The notes under the pieces are model-generated. The model ran no database searches and was not told where the DNA came from. It saw nothing but the letters and a program-made list of their open reading frames with translations. This document shows, piece after piece, positions 62,515-64,000 of a stretch of 64,000 nucleotides of DNA (its first letter is position 1; each line of letters begins with the position of its first letter). The position numbers were made by a program, and so were the translations under genes. The DNA comes from Takakia lepidozioides (taxonomy: Eukaryota > Plantae > Bryophyta). The stretch covers positions 41,230,001 to 41,294,000 of the forward strand of contig CM060731.1 of the NCBI GenBank assembly GCA_030704615.1, given 5' to 3'.

Positions 62515-64000
62515 CTAATCACCACATTCTTGGGCGGTTCCGAAGGCAGTGTTTGCATTCTCAAACTTACTAGCCTGGATAGCTGCAGCAGTCCTCGAAA
62601 CCAACGCTCTGTTGAATTGTTCAATTACAGAAACATGGGTATACTCGAAGTTTGGTCTCGTGTAAGAGTTGAGAACAGCTGCTGACCCTTGACGGAGAAG
62701 CTGGCTGTAGGGATCTGGTCTGGAGTCGTAAAGGCCCTGCAACAAAGTGGTAGTTCCAAACACATTGGCTGCTTGTGATCCAAAGGCATCTGCAACAGTG
62801 GAGAAGATACTGAAGAAGCTTGGCCACGAACTTGTGTGAGATCCCCAGAAACTGCAATAACAAGTATCGGTGGGTCAGACGCAATCACTCTATGCGGGCA
62901 GGTGACATAGAGAAAAAAACACCAAGCACAACGTAGTCTAAGTGAATGGAGATAAGGTAGAGCCTGCTTCAAACAAAGGCATTTCGCATCCTCTCACATG
63001 TAACTTGGTTCACGGCAAAGTTGCTTACCCGCAAGAGCATCCCGAACCACCGTTGCTAGGAGAAGCAGTCGGACCAGGAGAATAACTACTTGGGCCAGGG
63101 GCAGCGACGGCAGGACTCACGCCAGTGACTGGAGCGGGTGCATACCCACCACCACTTGGGGAAGACGAAGAGACCGGAGGAGTGGCCACTGGAACTGGCG
63201 CAGGCAGCACTGGAGCTGGCGCTGGAAGAACCGGAGCAGGACTGTACGGTGAAGTACTTCCATAGGTGAGTTGAGGAGAACTCAAAACTGCGTCGCCCTT
63301 GACCGCTTTTGGATAAGAAGGAGAAGCTGGTGGTGAGCTGTAGGTAGGAGTGCTGACAACGGGAGAACTGCTGGATGGGGCCGGAGCGCTGGGTGTGACG
63401 TAAGGAGGGCTGCCAGACGACGGAGGATGATGGGGGCAGGGAATTTCAGGGGTGGGAGTAACAGGAGAGCTGCTAGACGGAGCGGGAGCGCTGTATGGAG
63501 GGCTTTCAGGGGTCGCAGGAGCGGGAGCGCTGTAGGGAGGGCTTTCAGGGGTAGTAGGAGCTGGGGCGCTGTAGGGAGGGCTTTGAGGGGTAGTAGGAGC
63601 TGGAGCGCTGTAGGGAGGACTTACAGGGGTAGTAGGAGCTGGAGCGCTATAGGGAGGGCTTTGCGGGGTGGAAGGAGAGCTACCGGAAGGTGTTGGATAG
63701 TAATTGTACTGGGCATGGGCTTCACCTGTCTGTGGGAGGGATGCATGGTAGCTGAATGCAGATTGATCGTAGGGCTGCGAGAACCTATCCTGGGTAAAGC
63801 TATGTCCCTTGGCTGGATCACTGTAGAACTGAGAATAGCTTCTAGAGTTACCGTAAGACTCACCAACAGGGTTGCTGTAAGATTGACTACCAAATTGGGA
63901 GTTCCTATTCACATCAGCGTAGCTAGATTGCGAAAACTGTCTAGCCGCAGAGTAACCGCTTCCTTGGTCTGCTGCAGAAAACCTGCCACTGGGAAGGTCC
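62515..64000 (-). CDS. Proline-rich cell-wall protein with a PROTODERMAL FACTOR 1-like C-terminal domain; exons >64000-63029 and 62851-62515; 5' end outside the window
   Basis: Five 13-aa SPPYSAPAPTTPx repeats; spliced CSCG|FWGSH...AFG, LLRQGSAAVLNSY, AAAIQASKFENAN resemble the PDF1-family C-terminus; frame stays open to the window edge. Confidence 0.75.

Overview
Eukaryotic, intron-containing nuclear DNA from a land plant. A non-seed lineage (bryophyte/lycophyte-like) is inferred from a Tcn1/Tf-type chromovirus and a very homogeneous PLS-DYW PPR gene. Host genes from left to right: 3' part of a SNF2-RING helicase (CHR27/28/FRG-like); plastid stromal Hsp70 copy 1 (+); aldehyde dehydrogenase family 3 (-); FLU (+); intronless TatD (-); plastid Hsp70 copy 2 (-); PLS-E-DYW RNA-editing PPR (-); VPS8 (+); and the 3' part of a proline-rich PDF1-like wall protein (-). 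About 4-17.7 kb is a transposon graveyard: a Mutator-like transposase pseudogene, palindromic elements, a hAT-like MITE carrying a tRNA-like A/B-box module, and a rearranged chromoviral Ty3/Gypsy element with three LTRs. The most notable signals are: (i) five copies of one non-LTR retrotransposon that all end at the same 3' sequence and all sit at TCT/(TC)n targets, including 37-42 bp micro-insertions and copies stacked in each other's microsatellite; (ii) a chromovirus whose primer-binding site is complementary to its own LTR just downstream of the TATA box (Tf1-type self-priming); (iii) an old inverted Hsp70 pair with a conserved promoter block and a possible spliced Hsp70-TatD read-through; (iv) a 26-repeat DYW editor with an atypical PG box; (v) many G-rich rather than pyrimidine-rich 3' splice sites. 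All alignments and coordinates were read by eye; no database searches were run.
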